Source of the DNA: Octopus sinensis
Lineage: Eukaryota
Length of the DNA stretch: 64,000 bases
Reading direction: 5' to 3'
Assembly (NCBI RefSeq): GCF_006345805.1
Contig: NC_043004.1
Span: 36,208,001-36,272,000, forward strand
Position numbers and translations under genes: made by a program. Positions within the stretch are counted from its first letter, which is position 1. Each line of letters opens with the position of its first letter. Of this stretch, positions 40,826 through 54,946 are shown piece after piece. Under the pieces are notes generated by a model. That model made no database searches. It saw only the letters and a program-made list of their open reading frames with translations, and was not told the origin of the DNA.

Positions 40826-42611
40826 ACACACACACACACATACGCACACGTGAAAGTGAATATGATGAAATGAGGAGGTAGAAAATAAACCGGGCCTGTC
40901 TTACGTAATTCGGTTACAATGTTCACTGAAGCACGTGTCAGATGGCGTAATTTGATAGCTTCAGAAAAAACTTTGTACTTCAGTCTCCAACACCGCAGTT
41001 CTTTTGCTCATCTTGTAAATGTTAAGTATTCACGTGGCAAATTAAATTCACACCTATGTTTTGACACACTTTAAAAGTCAATCTCTTTTCCTGGATCCCG
41101 TCTAATCCATAGCGAAAAGCACTGACATAATATATTTTTATTTTCATGCATTAGATCTTTTTTATATACAAAAAAGATCACGTGTTTGTATGAGGGACAG
41201 CAAAATTGAACTAGAATACAGAAAAATGAAATTGTCTACTAACAGCAAGAGAAGGGTTGAATAATGATATTAATGGCTTCCTCGAAAATGTTCACCCAAT
41301 GCATTGCATGTAATCAGTCCCCCCACAAAACTCTCTCTAGTTCTGCTTCTTCAGATTCAAATATTAAATATTTTCATTATAAAAATCTTCTTTTGGATAA
41401 GATACTGATGTAATCAGAATACTCCGGAACAACTAGTATTAATCTCCGACATGCAGGTGAACGGAAGGATACAGAAACGAGTGACTTATCAAATACTCTT
41501 GAATTGAGGATCTAGTTTTAAGGCTTAGAGTAATGAGCTTAGATGCTCGATATCCTTTCAATCGTTCGTTTCTCTTCACAAATTATTGTATTCTCGATTC
41601 CTCCCAAGCAAAATACAATAAATATAAACGGTTGAACCTCTCATCTTAAAGTATCTCGTTCGGTGTTCCTTATCAAAAATATATTGTTTCCGACGGATAA
41701 AAAAAAGAAATGTGGATTTAATCTCAGTTTACAGCTAATATTTTCTTGTAACTGAATTACGGTGAGAGTAAGTTTCTGATTTAAGTTGTAAACTTTGACC
41801 TATTGCTGGCACATTATTACTATGCGACTGGAACTTTAGTGTGAATTCTTCACCTCAAGACCGTATTTAATATTATGTAACTTTATTTCCGTTCGTTATA
41901 TTTTTTCTCTCAGCTGCTGAACGCTAATTTATTGGAAATCTACACAAGTTTAGCCAAGAAAGTATATTATTCACCATTGAAAGGCTGATTCTTTCACTTG
42001 CTAGTTATAAATTTCATTCCAGCCGAACATTGGTCAGAATTAAAACACAGAGGCGTAAAATATTGGTTGTAAATTATTATTTCCAAACCTCGGGTGGAAC
42101 TCATGTTCATTGAGTTGATCATAACTGATTTGCGTTTTTTAAAAAATGGGCTGTTGTCATTAGTTTAGAGCCTTTTTTTTAAATAGCTCAGAAAAATCTT
42201 TTATTGTTCCTGGTGAGTTCTAACAACACTGAATGACGGATTTCCTACTCCCTATAGTAACAAAGGAACGCTATTAAGCAAAAATAACGTGAATAATCAG
42301 TTTGTCTTTATAAACTGTAAAAAAAAAAAAGGTCGGCTGTATTTTTAGTTGTTTGATTCGTGATTTTTGCTTCAGATTCTACTTATGTTCTACGATGTAA
42401 CTTAATTCTGCTGGGTAAAAATAGAGAAGTACAGTAACATTTTTCGACGGTCTGAAATTAGATGTACAACGAAGTTAAGTGCAGTCACATTGAGTTCAAT
42501 CTTCAATTTTGTTCGTGGCATGCATAACACTCCTACAGTTTTCATGTCAGCTCGCTCACTCTTTTCCTTGTAATCTCTATTTCTCAATCTGTCTGTCTGT
42601 CTCTCTCTCTG

Positions 42612-42652
<41 letters not shown>

Positions 42653-42671
42653 ATATATATATATATTATAT

Positions 42672-42699
<28 letters not shown>

Positions 42700-42702
<3 letters not shown>

Positions 42703-43560
42703 GTTCAAAATAAGCAACAAGGATATCCAGAGGTAATGCAGTACGATCGTTTCATGCGACTCCATTTAATTGAACATTGCAAATATTACATCAATTTAAA
42801 ATGTAGAGCAATCTTCAGCTGCATAAAAATATAGAATTTAGTTAAATTCAAAGGATTCATTTGTATAGTTTTCTTATTATCTAAAATCACAAAGATGATA
42901 AGTAGATAAACAAAGAACATGTTTCATCAACAGCATCATAGTTGTAACTGAGATTTTTCCACAGGAAGGCACTGTTTATCATTGATTTTATTTTGTTATT
43001 CAGATTTACTAATGGGTTGGGGTGGTGGTTAGTTCTAATTTATAGACTAGTTTATCAGATCTAATAGAAACTAGAATCTATCTTTTATGGATAGGGTAAA
43101 AAGACAGTTTAAGTGGCAGAGTCATAAATCGAGATTTCTTTCAAGTAAAGCCATTTGGTTCAGTAAGAATATATTTCAGCCAAATTTGCAGGCTAAAGCT
43201 GATGGGGTAGGGAGAGTAAAACTTATAATACTTAACTATTTGACAACCATAAACCCAATGTTATCTATATATTCATAGGTACATTTTAGAGAATTGTTTC
43301 ACATACTGGTCATAATAAAGATTCCAAAAATTAATATTCTAGAGCCTATACAAATGTATTTACGGCACACAGTTTAGCCATCTCACTACAATTGTAAATT
43401 GTAAGACAAAACATTCACAACCACCACACGAACCTGAAAATTACATAATGCATGAAAGTATTAGTTCAATCAGAGTGGACATTTAATATTCTATCATTTC
43501 ATTATATTATATTATTATAAGATTGTAAATAAAACGTGTAAATCAAAGTTGGTATTTATT
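42700..43560 (-). mobile_element. Probable Penelope-like remnant between (TA)n arrays
   Basis: HHR near the 3' end; upstream AT-rich decayed coding-like sequence in which no RT motif can be read with certainty. Confidence 0.45.
42736..42824 (-). ncRNA. Type I hammerhead ribozyme motif with long stem II
   Basis: ATGCAG-CTGAAGA-TTGC...GCAT-GAAA-CGATCG-TA-CTGCAT: perfect 6-bp stem I, palindromic stem III, GUA site; first stem II pair is T:T. Confidence 0.7.
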
Positions 43561-43600
43561 TGAGTAATATATTCTTCTATACACAATCATATACACCTGA

Positions 43601-43637
<37 letters not shown>

Positions 43638-43714
43638 GGTTGTTCACGTATATACATGCACAGGCACACACGGTTACGCACATACACACACATACATATA
43701 TTCATGCACGCATA

Positions 43715-43885
43715 CATACTACACACATTTTTTTCTCTCGTTTTCTTTTCCGTGTTCCTTTCTGTAGAAGAGCATAGGCTCGAAACGTAAAAGACTTTTT
43801 TCTTTTCCTGAGCGTTATACTAATACATCTGTTTGTTTTGTACACCACCTGTCTTCGTCTTTTGTTTCTTTTGTGAACTCTCCCC

Positions 43886-43888
<3 letters not shown>
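43715..43888 (+). mobile_element. Penelope-like pLTR family A with variant hammerhead (43758-43793)
   Basis: CTTT-CTGTAGA-AGAGC atag GCTC-GAAA-CG-TA-AAAG; homologous to 12040-12200. Confidence 0.7.
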
Positions 43889-43919
<31 letters not shown>

Positions 43920-44332
43920 ATATATACATATGCACACGCATATATACACACGCACATGGACGTATGTATGTATTCGTGCATGAATGTATGTATATGTGTG
44001 TATGTGCGTAACCGTGTGTGCGTGTGTATGTATATACGTAAACAACCTGAAGATGTACCTTACAGACCATGTAGATCTGAAAAATCTACTTCAGACATTA
44101 CGCGGATTTAGCAGAGAAATGGAATATGGAATATGGATTATATGATGCACCAAGGTAACTTTGAAGAAAAGAATATTAATATTATGTTTGGTAAAGAAAC
44201 AAAGATATGAGAGTTACACCAAGCAGAAACTTTCAAATAATTAGGAATCAATGAACCGGACAGCACAATACATACAAATGAAAGAAAAAGAAGAGAATAT
44301 GATAAGCGTATTAGATCAATACGTACATCTAC

Positions 44333-44388
<56 letters not shown>

Positions 44389-44389
44389 C

Positions 44390-44605
44390 CATTCTAAAAT
44401 AAGAACAAGGTCTGAAATTTGGTGTGGTGGAGGGAATAGTAGATTACGTTGACCACAGTGCTCAAATGGTACTAATTTCATCGACTCCGAAAGAATGAAA
44501 GGCGAAGCCAACCACGGCGGAAGTTCAACTAGGAACGTAAAGACGGACGAAATGCCGCTAAGTATTTTGCCAGGCGCGATAAGGATTCTGTCAACAAGCC
44601 AGATT
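44390..44605 (-). mobile_element. Meta/MESC-core SINE copy
   Basis: TGGTACTAATTTCATCGACTCCGAAAGAATGAAAGGCGAAGCC..CCACGGCGGAAGTTCAACT is the reverse complement of the family consensus. Confidence 0.7.
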
Positions 44606-44778
44606 AATAATGATATATTATATTCTCTCTACGCAAGTATGTCACAGGCACTCATGATGTGTGCCACACGTCCCACATAACCTACACTTATTTGTTTCAT
44701 CAGGGTTATAATTATTCCTTATCAAGTTTGCGTTTAGTGCCTGATCCTGAGCAGCCACCAATAAACTTTTTCTGTCTC

Positions 44779-44827
<49 letters not shown>

Positions 44828-44829
44828 GA

Positions 44830-45300
44830 TCACTTTTTTGTCAACCAATTCCATGAGAATTTTGCTTTTACTTCTTTCGTTTGTCTTTGGGACCGACCAT
44901 GTTATTCCACACTTCGCCTCGTGTCCAGTTTCTCAGCCAACAGCCTCTGTTTGTAATTTTCTTTACTGTCAATAGTTTCAATGCATAAGCCTCTGCTTTT
45001 GTCAACATACTTTAAAAGTTCTTCTCTGCTGCTGAGCAAATACAAATCTAAACACCTCTATTCAATAAATACACATTTTTTCACATTCGTAAGTCCTCGT
45101 CCTCCAACGTTCCGCGGTGTATAAAGCCTTTTAACATTTCCCTTGCGGTGCAATGCAACCATTGTCAGCCATTTTATTTCGTGATGACTTATCTGATTAT
45201 CAATGCTTTATTGTTTTATTGAAATCACTCGCTGCCTCTTGTCTGCTATTTTCTTTTGTATTTTGTATTTGTATGGACACTTAAATCTTAAGTCTTCATC
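44830..45300 (-). mobile_element. Decayed R4/Dong-type LINE fragment
   Basis: Minus strand resembles LHRKGNVKRLYTPRNVGGRGL and ETEAVG.ETGH, typical of the thumb region. Confidence 0.6.
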
Positions 45301-48300
45301 GCCAACGAAATAGATCCTTATCATTACAGAAATTAAAATGATATATTTTCTTTCCATTTATGAAAAAAATACTAGAAAATTTAGCATTTCCATGACTTGG
45401 TACAGGCAGCAGACACAACTGCTACAGTTGTTTGTAACTTACTATTACTGCAGTGAGTTTGTAGCAATTGAAAAAAAAAATCATCATCGTCATCATCATC
45501 ATCATCATCATTATCAACATCATTATCATTATTGCTGTTATTATTATGTTATTGACATTATTATTATTTTAATATGATTATTATTGATATTGTTTTTGTT
45601 ACAGTCATTATTATTGTTGTTGCTGTTGTTTTTGCTATCATTATTATTATTATTATATTATTATTATTATTATTATTACCACAACTTACACGATGGCAAT
45701 TTTTTTTATTCCGGTTTCTAGCTTTTGTTTGCTTTCCATTTATTTATTTATTTATGCATTATCTTTTGCTTTTATTCCTATTTTCTTTTTTACGTTTTAA
45801 GTTATTTTTTCAATTCGTTTTTTTTTATACAAATTTTTTTTCCTGCCTATATTCTTCTGTTGTCGTTTAACAATAGTTAAAACTCAATTTAGACATCTAA
45901 TCATATCTTTGTAAGACACTCCCTGGTGCTAACAATACTATAACAATCGAGTCGCACCAAGAAAAAGAGCTTTTGTTGCTTTATTCTTCTATTTTTCAGA
46001 AAACTGATATTTTCTATATAAATATCGATCTAAGTGCTAATGAGAATGGAGAGAATCGGTGAGAGAAAGGGAGAGCCAGAGAGAGAGAGAGAGAGTGGGG
46101 GTGTAAGATGGAGGAGAACCTATAAGTCTTGGTGAAATGTTGTATTGCTATTTATGATGCAGTGAAGGTTAAATGAAGAAAGGGACAAATCAGGTTATGT
46201 CGTTGGAATATAGAAGTGTTGTGGGGTGAGGTGGGGGAGAATGGACAAATAAACAAATAAAAATGAAAGCCTAGAAAATCTCTCAGTAAACAATACATTT
46301 AATAATGTAGGAGAAGCGAAACAAATAATGAAAATAAGTTAATGAAAACAGCAGGTGGTAAGTTGTTACTTAATAAGATATGTATGTTTTTATTTGTTTA
46401 TATTTTTGTTACTTTACATTAAAGCAATACATTCATTTCTTTATTTCTTGTTTTTCAATCAATGCACGTCAAGGTATTTCGTATTTGGACGTACTGGTGA
46501 GGTGGACGAAGGTCAAACCGATTGATGAGAATGTGTGTGTGTAGAGAGAGAGAGGCGAGATAGGGAAGAGAGTATAGGGGGGAAAAAGAGAGAGTTAGGG
46601 TAGGAGAAAGAGATGAAGTGAGGAAGAAAAAGAAATGGTTGCAGCATATTTGATGAAAATCTTTCAAAACATTCTTACAAATGTCTTAGAGGTAAAATGA
46701 ACGATGTGTGTACATTGGATTCCCATTAATGAACGGTTGGTGATCAGTTAACATTCTCTGGCTGTGATATTTTGTTCAATTTGCCTGAATGTCAGAAGGT
46801 AATAAGTAGAATAACTCCTGGGAATATTGCCTATCGTAGACTGGTTTCCCTTTTAGTGAGGAGAGAGAAAGAGAGACACAGAGAGAGAAAGGGAAAGAGA
46901 GAAGGAAAGAGAGACAGAGAGAAAGAGAGAGAGAGAGGCGAAATTAAATATCAAATACTTTGCAGAAATCAGTCAAATTTAATCACCGGTTTCATGGATT
47001 CCCGCGGCAGATGTAAAAGGAGAAATATTAAGTTATGAGCGTTAGGAAGCTTTGAGAGCAAAGGTGCGATATTATACGTGTCTCAGCTTTCCTAGCCGCC
47101 AGGAATAGTGCTACGACTACGATAGATTAGCATTTTTATCCAAGGAATGGATCTATGAATACATGCAAAGGCTTTTAGAGGAAACACTTTAACTTCGGGG
47201 TGGTGCCTGTTTCTAATAAAATCCAAGAAGTTTTAACGAAATCACAGGAGCTGTTAAGTAATTGAGAAACAACTAACTGACCGGAGGCGATCCAATTATA
47301 CAGGCTTGGTCTGAACATTAATACAACACTAATTTCACAACTAATTACACTTGTTTTTAATGATCAACCGTATCACATGACATAATTACTGCTAGGTAGA
47401 GTTTGTACACTTAGGTTCTATAATATATATCTAGTTATTCTCTAATGGACGACCATGATCATGTATGTACACTCTCTCTCCTCACAGCAAACTGATATTT
47501 CCTTTATCCTTACCGGAAAGGATCCCCGCTAACTTTGACATTCCTTAATATACTGACTATATTAATAAGCGCTTAATATATTTACCAGAGACACAGTTAA
47601 GTGATGATTGCAGAATATGTAAGCCGTCAGCGTTTCGATGGAAGGTAATTTTATGTAATATTTCCTTCGTCAGCTTAGATTTCATCATCCATCAAAAAGA
47701 CAAGTGTGATCGAAAAAAAAAAAAAAAAGGAAATAAACCGGGACTGATGAACGCTTTTAATCTTTACTTGAAGATATTTCGTTTCTTTTACGGCGTTAAT
47801 GCTTTCAGGAAACTAATGAGTTCTGTTCGTTCTAGGTTCCCATTTAAATCTTAATATGGGAATAAATTTCTTTGTTATCTATTAAAAATGTATGTTTCGA
47901 TGTAGTGTCCGTTCGTACTGGTTATAGAATGCATCAAGGGTCAGTCAACTGCTTTTGGAAGTTACACTATCACGAAAACTTGACAACCACAGAGACCTCA
48001 ATTTATAATTAATAAACAATTGTAATAAACAATAAAACATCGATGTTAATGAGAAATAATCAAAAGTATTCATAAGAATATTTCGATGTAAGTTGTAAAT
48101 ATTTCGTGAATGATCCATACATACACCTCATGGGAAACATAAGTATTCTTACATATTTAATAGAGGGCAGGGGTTAGTGAAGAGTGGATTTTTAAAGAAA
48201 TGTTTTATTACAACTAATTAAAATTTGCTGTTACAGGTATTCAACTTCGTTTTCCTTTCCTCAGCTTTTACTATTCCATTTTTATAACTTCGAGTTTCGA

Positions 48301-49326
48301 TTATATATTGTCTCAAGTTAAATATCTATTCAGCTCTTCTTTAAGAAAGTTTTGTACGAGAACTAAACAAAAGTAAATTCATTCGGTATTTGGGTAGTGA
48401 AATGACTTCTGACTAAATGAAGTACAGTTTTTAGCTTGATCTTTTGAAGTTCTAAACTAGACAGCCATTTATCCTGTTCGAGGCACTAAAAAATATTCTC
48501 GCCTAATGTAATGGCGGTTGATCCACTCGAGTCTTTTGGAGGGAGGGGTCGACCATGTGCTTATGCATGGCATCGATAAGTATACAAGTAACGAAACTAA
48601 CGAAGACATTAGTCAACTCTTTGACATTTGCTATTGTTAAAGAGTTGACTCTCTTTGCAAATCGAGACCACGAAAGAACTTCCATCTAAGGTAGGGAGCA
48701 TTTTTTTTCACAATTCCCAACGTATTTACAGTTAATCTTCTATAATAATTGAGACTAAGATTTGCTGAAAAATGCCAGCGCTTGGCCGTTCCTCAAACAA
48801 TATAGATCCTATGTCCATAGTCAAAAGCAAACTAATATTTTTACGTAAGAAATTGTAGAAATGTGGTTGTGAAACTGCATTTACACTTTTCAAACCAGAA
48901 CCATTCAATTTTTATGTTTAATATATTTCTTTTCTTTTTCTTTTCTTGTTTTCTTTCTTTCTTTCTTTTTTTTTTTGTTCAGTTAAAAGCTCAATTGCAT
49001 TATATAGAAATGTGATTCAGTAGCATATTTCATGAATAAATAAAGCAGAAAGACAAATGGAAGAGAACAAATCATTTGGGGGGAAAATGCTGTTACAGGG
49101 TAAAATTGTAAATAATTGAGAAATAGAAGCAAAGTCCAGATAGCTTGAAATAACTTGCATGAAGCAGTGAGGAGATGTATTTTCGTGCTTTGGAACTAAT
49201 TGTTTCAATCACGCAATGGATTCTTTATCCGAGACATTACATACAAATTATATACACAAGCATACATAAAATAGCATGCACATACATACATACATACATA
49301 AATACGTACATACATACATACATACA

Positions 49327-49362
<36 letters not shown>

Positions 49363-49512
49363 CATGCTTGTAATGGTTATATAAGCACAACTAAAACGAA
49401 AAGACACCTGAAAATAAAATCAAGCTACATACTGGAATGAATACATATATTCTATATCAGTATATCTCTCCTTCCTCCATTACACCTTTCATCTTCCTCT
49501 CACTTCTCTCTC

Positions 49513-49553
<41 letters not shown>

Positions 49554-49612
49554 ATAATATATATATATAAATATGTGTGTGTGTGTGTGGTTGAGATCTG
49601 TGTGTGCATATG

Positions 49613-49669
<57 letters not shown>

Positions 49670-50568
49670 TGTAAGCACATACAAATACACGTACGTATAT
49701 TATAAAGAAAAACGAGTTAATAATAGGAAAATATAGATAGACGGTGGCGTAAAGTATTCTGCTGGAATTGCGACGAAAATCGTTTGTGCAGCTTAGTTAT
49801 ATAATAACTGACAGACAAAAATTCTCAAGGAATTTTTAAAAAATCTAAACAGTGTAAAGTCTGTGATATGTATTTAGTGTGGAAATGAATTCACGTATTC
49901 AAAATACAGTTAATGAAACCTAAGATTCAGAGGCTGAGTATGAATTTACTTCAGAGAACAAAATGTATGTCATTCGAAAAAGTATTCAAATCTTATAACA
50001 TTGAAGAAGGTGATTGTTTGTGAATTATTGCCAATGAATAGAGAGAAATAAAAGAAATTGAAGATGTGATTACAGTTAAAGCTGTTTGTTATTGTCAACA
50101 ATTTTTGAATTTTTCGAAGGGAAAAGAAATATGTTATATGCAACATAAGTGTTTAGAAATTCTGTTTAAGATTGAAGTAGGTATATGAGTGAATCATTGA
50201 AATTTTCTACACAGAAACAAATGAAATTGAAGATGTAATTATAGTTAAGATCATTTGTTATTGTTTGTAAGATGATTTTAAGTTTTCCAAAAATTGTTTA
50301 GGGAACAATTTATCGAGATTAATGAATATGTATGATTAAAGGTAAGAAAATGTAAAAAGTTAAAACATGCCAAGAAGAATAATCGATAAAGAATACAAAA
50401 TAGAATCAGTTTAGCATTTTAATGATAGACTTCTTAGAGTTGAGGGAGATAAACCGACAGCAGCTACTTCTATGTAAAATCAAATAAGGTGAACAGAAAA
50501 GAGGATAGAATAGTCTTAAAATGAAATTTATACGGATTTTAAAGTTATTATTATATTGTAGGGAAGAC

Positions 50569-51368
50569 GGCGAGCTGGCAGAAACGTTAGCACGCCGGGC
50601 GAAATGCGTAGCCGTATTTCGTCTGCCGTTACGTTCTGAGTTCAAATTCCGCCGAGGTCGACTTTGCCTTTCATCCTTTTGGGGTCGATTAAATAAGTAC
50701 CAGTTACGCACTGGGGTCGATGTAATCGACTTAATCCGTTTGTCTGTTCTTGTTTGTCTTCTCTGTGTTTAGCCCTTGTAGGTAGTAAAGAAATATGTAT
50801 TTCGTCTGCCGCTACGTTCTGAGTTCAAATTCCGCCGAAGTCGACTTTGCCTTACATCCTTTCGGGGTCGATAAATAAAGTACCAGTTATGCACTGGGGT
50901 CGAATTTAATCGACTTAATCCGTTTGTCTGTCCTTGTTTGTCCTCTCTGCGTTTAGCCCCTTGTGGGTAGTAAAGAAATAGGTATTTCGTCTACTGTTAC
51001 GTTCTGAGTTCAAACTCCGCCGAGGTCGACTTTGCCTTTCATCCTTTCGGGGCGATTAAATAAGTACCAGTTACGCTCAGGGGTCGATGTAATCGACTTA
51101 ATTCCTTTCTCTGTCCTTGTTTGTCCCCTCTATGTTTAGCCCCTTGTAGGCAATAAAGAAATAAGAAACATGAGCATGCTGGACGAAATGCTTAGCGGTA
51201 TTTCATCTGTCTTTACGTTCTGAGTTCAAATTCCGCTGAGGTCGACGTTGCCTTTTATCCTTTCGGGATCGATAAATTAAGTACCAGTTGCGTACTAAGG
51301 TTGATCTAGTCGAAAGGCCCCTTTCCCCAAAATTTCGGGCCTTGTGCCTAGAGTAGAAAAGAATATAT
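50569..51368 (+). mobile_element. Meta/MESC-core SINE with internal tandem amplification (four core copies, about 185-bp period)
   Basis: Head GGCGAGCTGGCAGAAACGTTAGC; repeated GTATTTCGTC...GAGTTCAAATTCCGCCGAGGTCGACTTTGCCTTTCATCCTTTCGGGGTCGATAAATAAGTACCAG at about 50614, 50797, 50982 and 51198. Confidence 0.9.
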
Positions 51369-51867
51369 TGTAGGAATTGTAAAATAAAGTTTATGCTTGT
51401 GAGTGAGGAATTAATATGCGATCAATGCTATAAATTAGAGAAAATATATCGAGGTATCGAAACATGTACCGGGCTATCTGTAAACTAAAGGTGCGAAGCT
51501 ATTTCAAAGAGGAACTTGTTTATCTAACGTTTGCATTGCTGATTAAATAAGTTGTAAAAATAATTTTAGAGTTTATTTTGTTTTTATGAAGAAATAATGT
51601 GGTTTACGATAAATCAAATTAAACAACTTATAAAGCAAGTATGATTAAGGGTTTTAAAATAATAATACGGAATGATAATAACATTATTAATTAATTGCAA
51701 ATGAATTAATCGAATTATATTGTGTTAATAAATTAATAAAATTTGTACAAATCATTAACAACTTCCGCAGGTCAGATGATTTAGGCAACTTGTGTCTAAT
51801 CTATTTATTTTAATAAGTCTCTGTTGTCGGTAAGCGACTGTGCCACTTTTTTGTATGTATATAACGA

Positions 51868-51898
<31 letters not shown>

Positions 51899-52787
51899 AC
51901 ACACACACACACACACACATACACACACACACTATCACTCTTCTAACTATGGTACTACTAAGGTGCTTGTTATAACCTAACAACAGAATCGGCACATGTT
52001 ATACTCCCTCTCCTTTCTGATCACATCCCTCCCTCCTCCTCCCCTCTACCCTATAACAAACTTCCATTTCTTACTATCATCCCTGCTCACACTATTTCTA
52101 CCAATTATCTCTTGTCTCTGCCTTCAGCCATTACTCTCTCCCATCTGTTATACTTCTTTCTTAATACCTCTCTTATTTGCAATCTTTCTCAATGCCCTCT
52201 TTCATCACGTCCCACTTACTATAGACTATTGTGAATCTCTACATCTCCTTCTCACTCGCTCCTACACCTTTCCTGTCGCTTGCCTATTTTCAGATCTATT
52301 CAACTGGAGCCTTTCTTATATCTTTCACTTTACCCCTCTTCATACCGTACTTCCACTCTTGTTCATCACTCACTTCATTCACCTGTACACCCGATCTAAT
52401 ACTCGCCCACCACTCTTATGAAAGTTACCACATTCTCCTCCCATCGCTTGACAAACTCTTCATATCCTTTCTTATACTCACCTTCATGTACCTTTGATAT
52501 TTTGCGCAGGCACTTCAATACTAACTTCCTTTATCTTCTCAACTACTCCCAACCGCAATTATATATAGTACAACGTACCCGTATATTTCCTCTTTATCAA
52601 GACACTGTTATAACAAGACAGCTGTGCATGTTCTGCTATCGTATTTTAGCCTTTCAACACCTGGTATAAAGCCACCTATCTCCAACTTCCCCTCTCAAAT
52701 ACTCCCCCCAATTAGTAGTAGGAATATTTTTTCTTGTTAGATTTTGCGTGTCCTTTTTCAATTTTGCAAGTTATTCAGCAACCTCAC

Positions 52788-52930
52788 TAGTGCCAATGGC
52801 ACAAAAAGGTACACAATACACTCTGTAAAGTGGCTGGCGTTAAGAAGCTGTAGAAATTTTGCCAAAGCTGACATTGGAACTTGACGTGGCCTTGCCGCTC
52901 GCCGGAACCTGTCAAAAGCTCCAACTCATG
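52788..52930 (+). mobile_element. Decayed Ceph/RTE-leader-like SINE
   Basis: ACACTCTGTAAAGTGGCTGGCGTTAAGAAG..GCTGTAGAAA matches 3455-3642. Confidence 0.5.
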
Positions 52931-54812
52931 GACAAATGCTGACATCGCCTTAGCCTCACGTAGCAGGGATATGGTGAAGACGTCGACAGCAGGATGTCGG
53001 ATAATCGACTAAGTGGAGGAGTCCTAGATCAACGGCTTGAAGGTTACTGCGGCCAAGCGGAAGATCTGTACTATTAGAAAACGGTTGGACCCCAATTAGC
53101 AGATGACCACGCTCGACCTTGCTCATTGCATTCTTGTACACTAATTGATATCTTGTGCGGAGAGCTGGAGAAACAGCCTCATGGTGGGTGGGGGAATGAT
53201 GCTAAGCGCTTTATTGAGCATTCAAGGTGTTTTGTTCTGAGATAATTACTGAATAGAAGTCAAGGGCTACCTACGACAAAAAACCGATGAGAATTACAGG
53301 AGCATGTGTGTGCACGTGTGCGCGCTTGTGTTTGTGTGAGTGTTTACATTTTATGAAGGAGCAGCAGTCGGTGGCTTACGTTTGGCACTTGCAGAGTTAA
53401 GTCTATGACGTCGGAAAATGCGATCGGGTTTTGGACAGATAGACCGCAAATGAAGTCACAAGTAAGGAGGCTAGCCTCACCTAGAAATTGGCCATGAGAA
53501 TTCCTGAAAGGTTGGGCTTAAATGACCAGTACCTTCATTAATTTCGTAATTTTACCGCTGTTCTCTCTTGCCTTGCCCCTGATCTCGTTTCACCAAATTG
53601 GATCGTGTGCTCTTCTTAATTCAATTGTTCAAGCTGTTCCACTCTCACATTAAACTCTTTTTCCAGTCTCCAAAGGTCATTCAAGAACCTCTTCCTTTCA
53701 CCTACATCAAGAATCACCTCTTTATATTTGATACTTCCAATTAACTCCTGAAATATATATTTATAGCTCATTATAAATGTATGGCATTGTCTAAAATAAT
53801 TAATTATATGTTCATACAATTTAACAATCACTTTACACTTAGCACTTCTTTTTCAATCACATTTCCTTTAATTCTTCTTTAACGATTGTTAGACCCTTTC
53901 TCTTTCTATTTTTTGTGATGTAATTCATGATTACTTCACAAAATTTCCCCATAAATATCATTTGATCTTTCTTTCCTGACATACATTAATGTCCCTTCTG
54001 AACAACTCTATATTCACTAAAACATCTTTTCCACTATGGTTCATTCTAATTACTACACTTTCCTGTACCGTATCTCATTTATTTCGTATATACTTACAGC
54101 TATTAAAAAATTGTTCGTGTCTGTTACAATGTTGGTGACAAAGTTATTGACGAACCTTCAGTTTGCACCTCTATTTGCAATTCTCGTTCTCTTCATGCCG
54201 CAATTTGTATCAGTTTCTTTAGACTTTTGCATTATTCTACAAATAAGATATTAGTGAACGTAAGAATGCAAAACCACCAGTATGTTTATCCTTCAGAAGA
54301 TTGTTGTCAAAACTAAAGAGCTACTCCTACGCATGGCACATCGTCATACCTCGTCCAAGGCGAAAGCGCAATTCTAGACTACGCGGATTGTTGTTGTTGT
54401 TAGTGAGAGAGCAGTGCATGTCATCAAAGTAACACTGGTGTAAATATACGAAGCCCAGTATACCCGAGATGGTCTATTGTTTTATCAAATGTGTCGCAGA
54501 ATCTGCATTTAGGGTTACAACCGTTTTGAAGAAGTTAGCCTGGTAGGTTCTGGTAAGCAAGCTTTGATCTTGTGCCGCCAATATAAAAGCTTCAGTCACT
54601 GCTGCTTTCTGTCCTGAACTTCTCAACCACTGATCGGTTGTGGCTTACTCTACATCAGTATTTCGACTTCCAAGTATAAACTCCTCCACTTCTCTGTTTG
54701 TTTCTGCCCGTTTTTTTCTGTGTTTTTTTTTTGCGGTCTGCTTGATCCATTTTCTTTGTTTGGTGGCAGTGTTTTAAGGCTCTTCATCTTATTCAAGGTT
54801 AATTCCGAGGTT

Positions 54813-54848
<36 letters not shown>

Positions 54849-54849
54849 A

Positions 54850-54891
<42 letters not shown>

Positions 54892-54946
54892 ACTACTACT
54901 ACTACTACTACTACTACTTACTACTACTACTGTTGTTATCATTATG

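Noticed and set aside
50614-51300. Regularly spaced repeats that could suggest a CRISPR array
   Set aside because: Whole ~185-bp units are repeated with no unique spacers; the sequence is a SINE, the context is eukaryotic and there are no cas genes.
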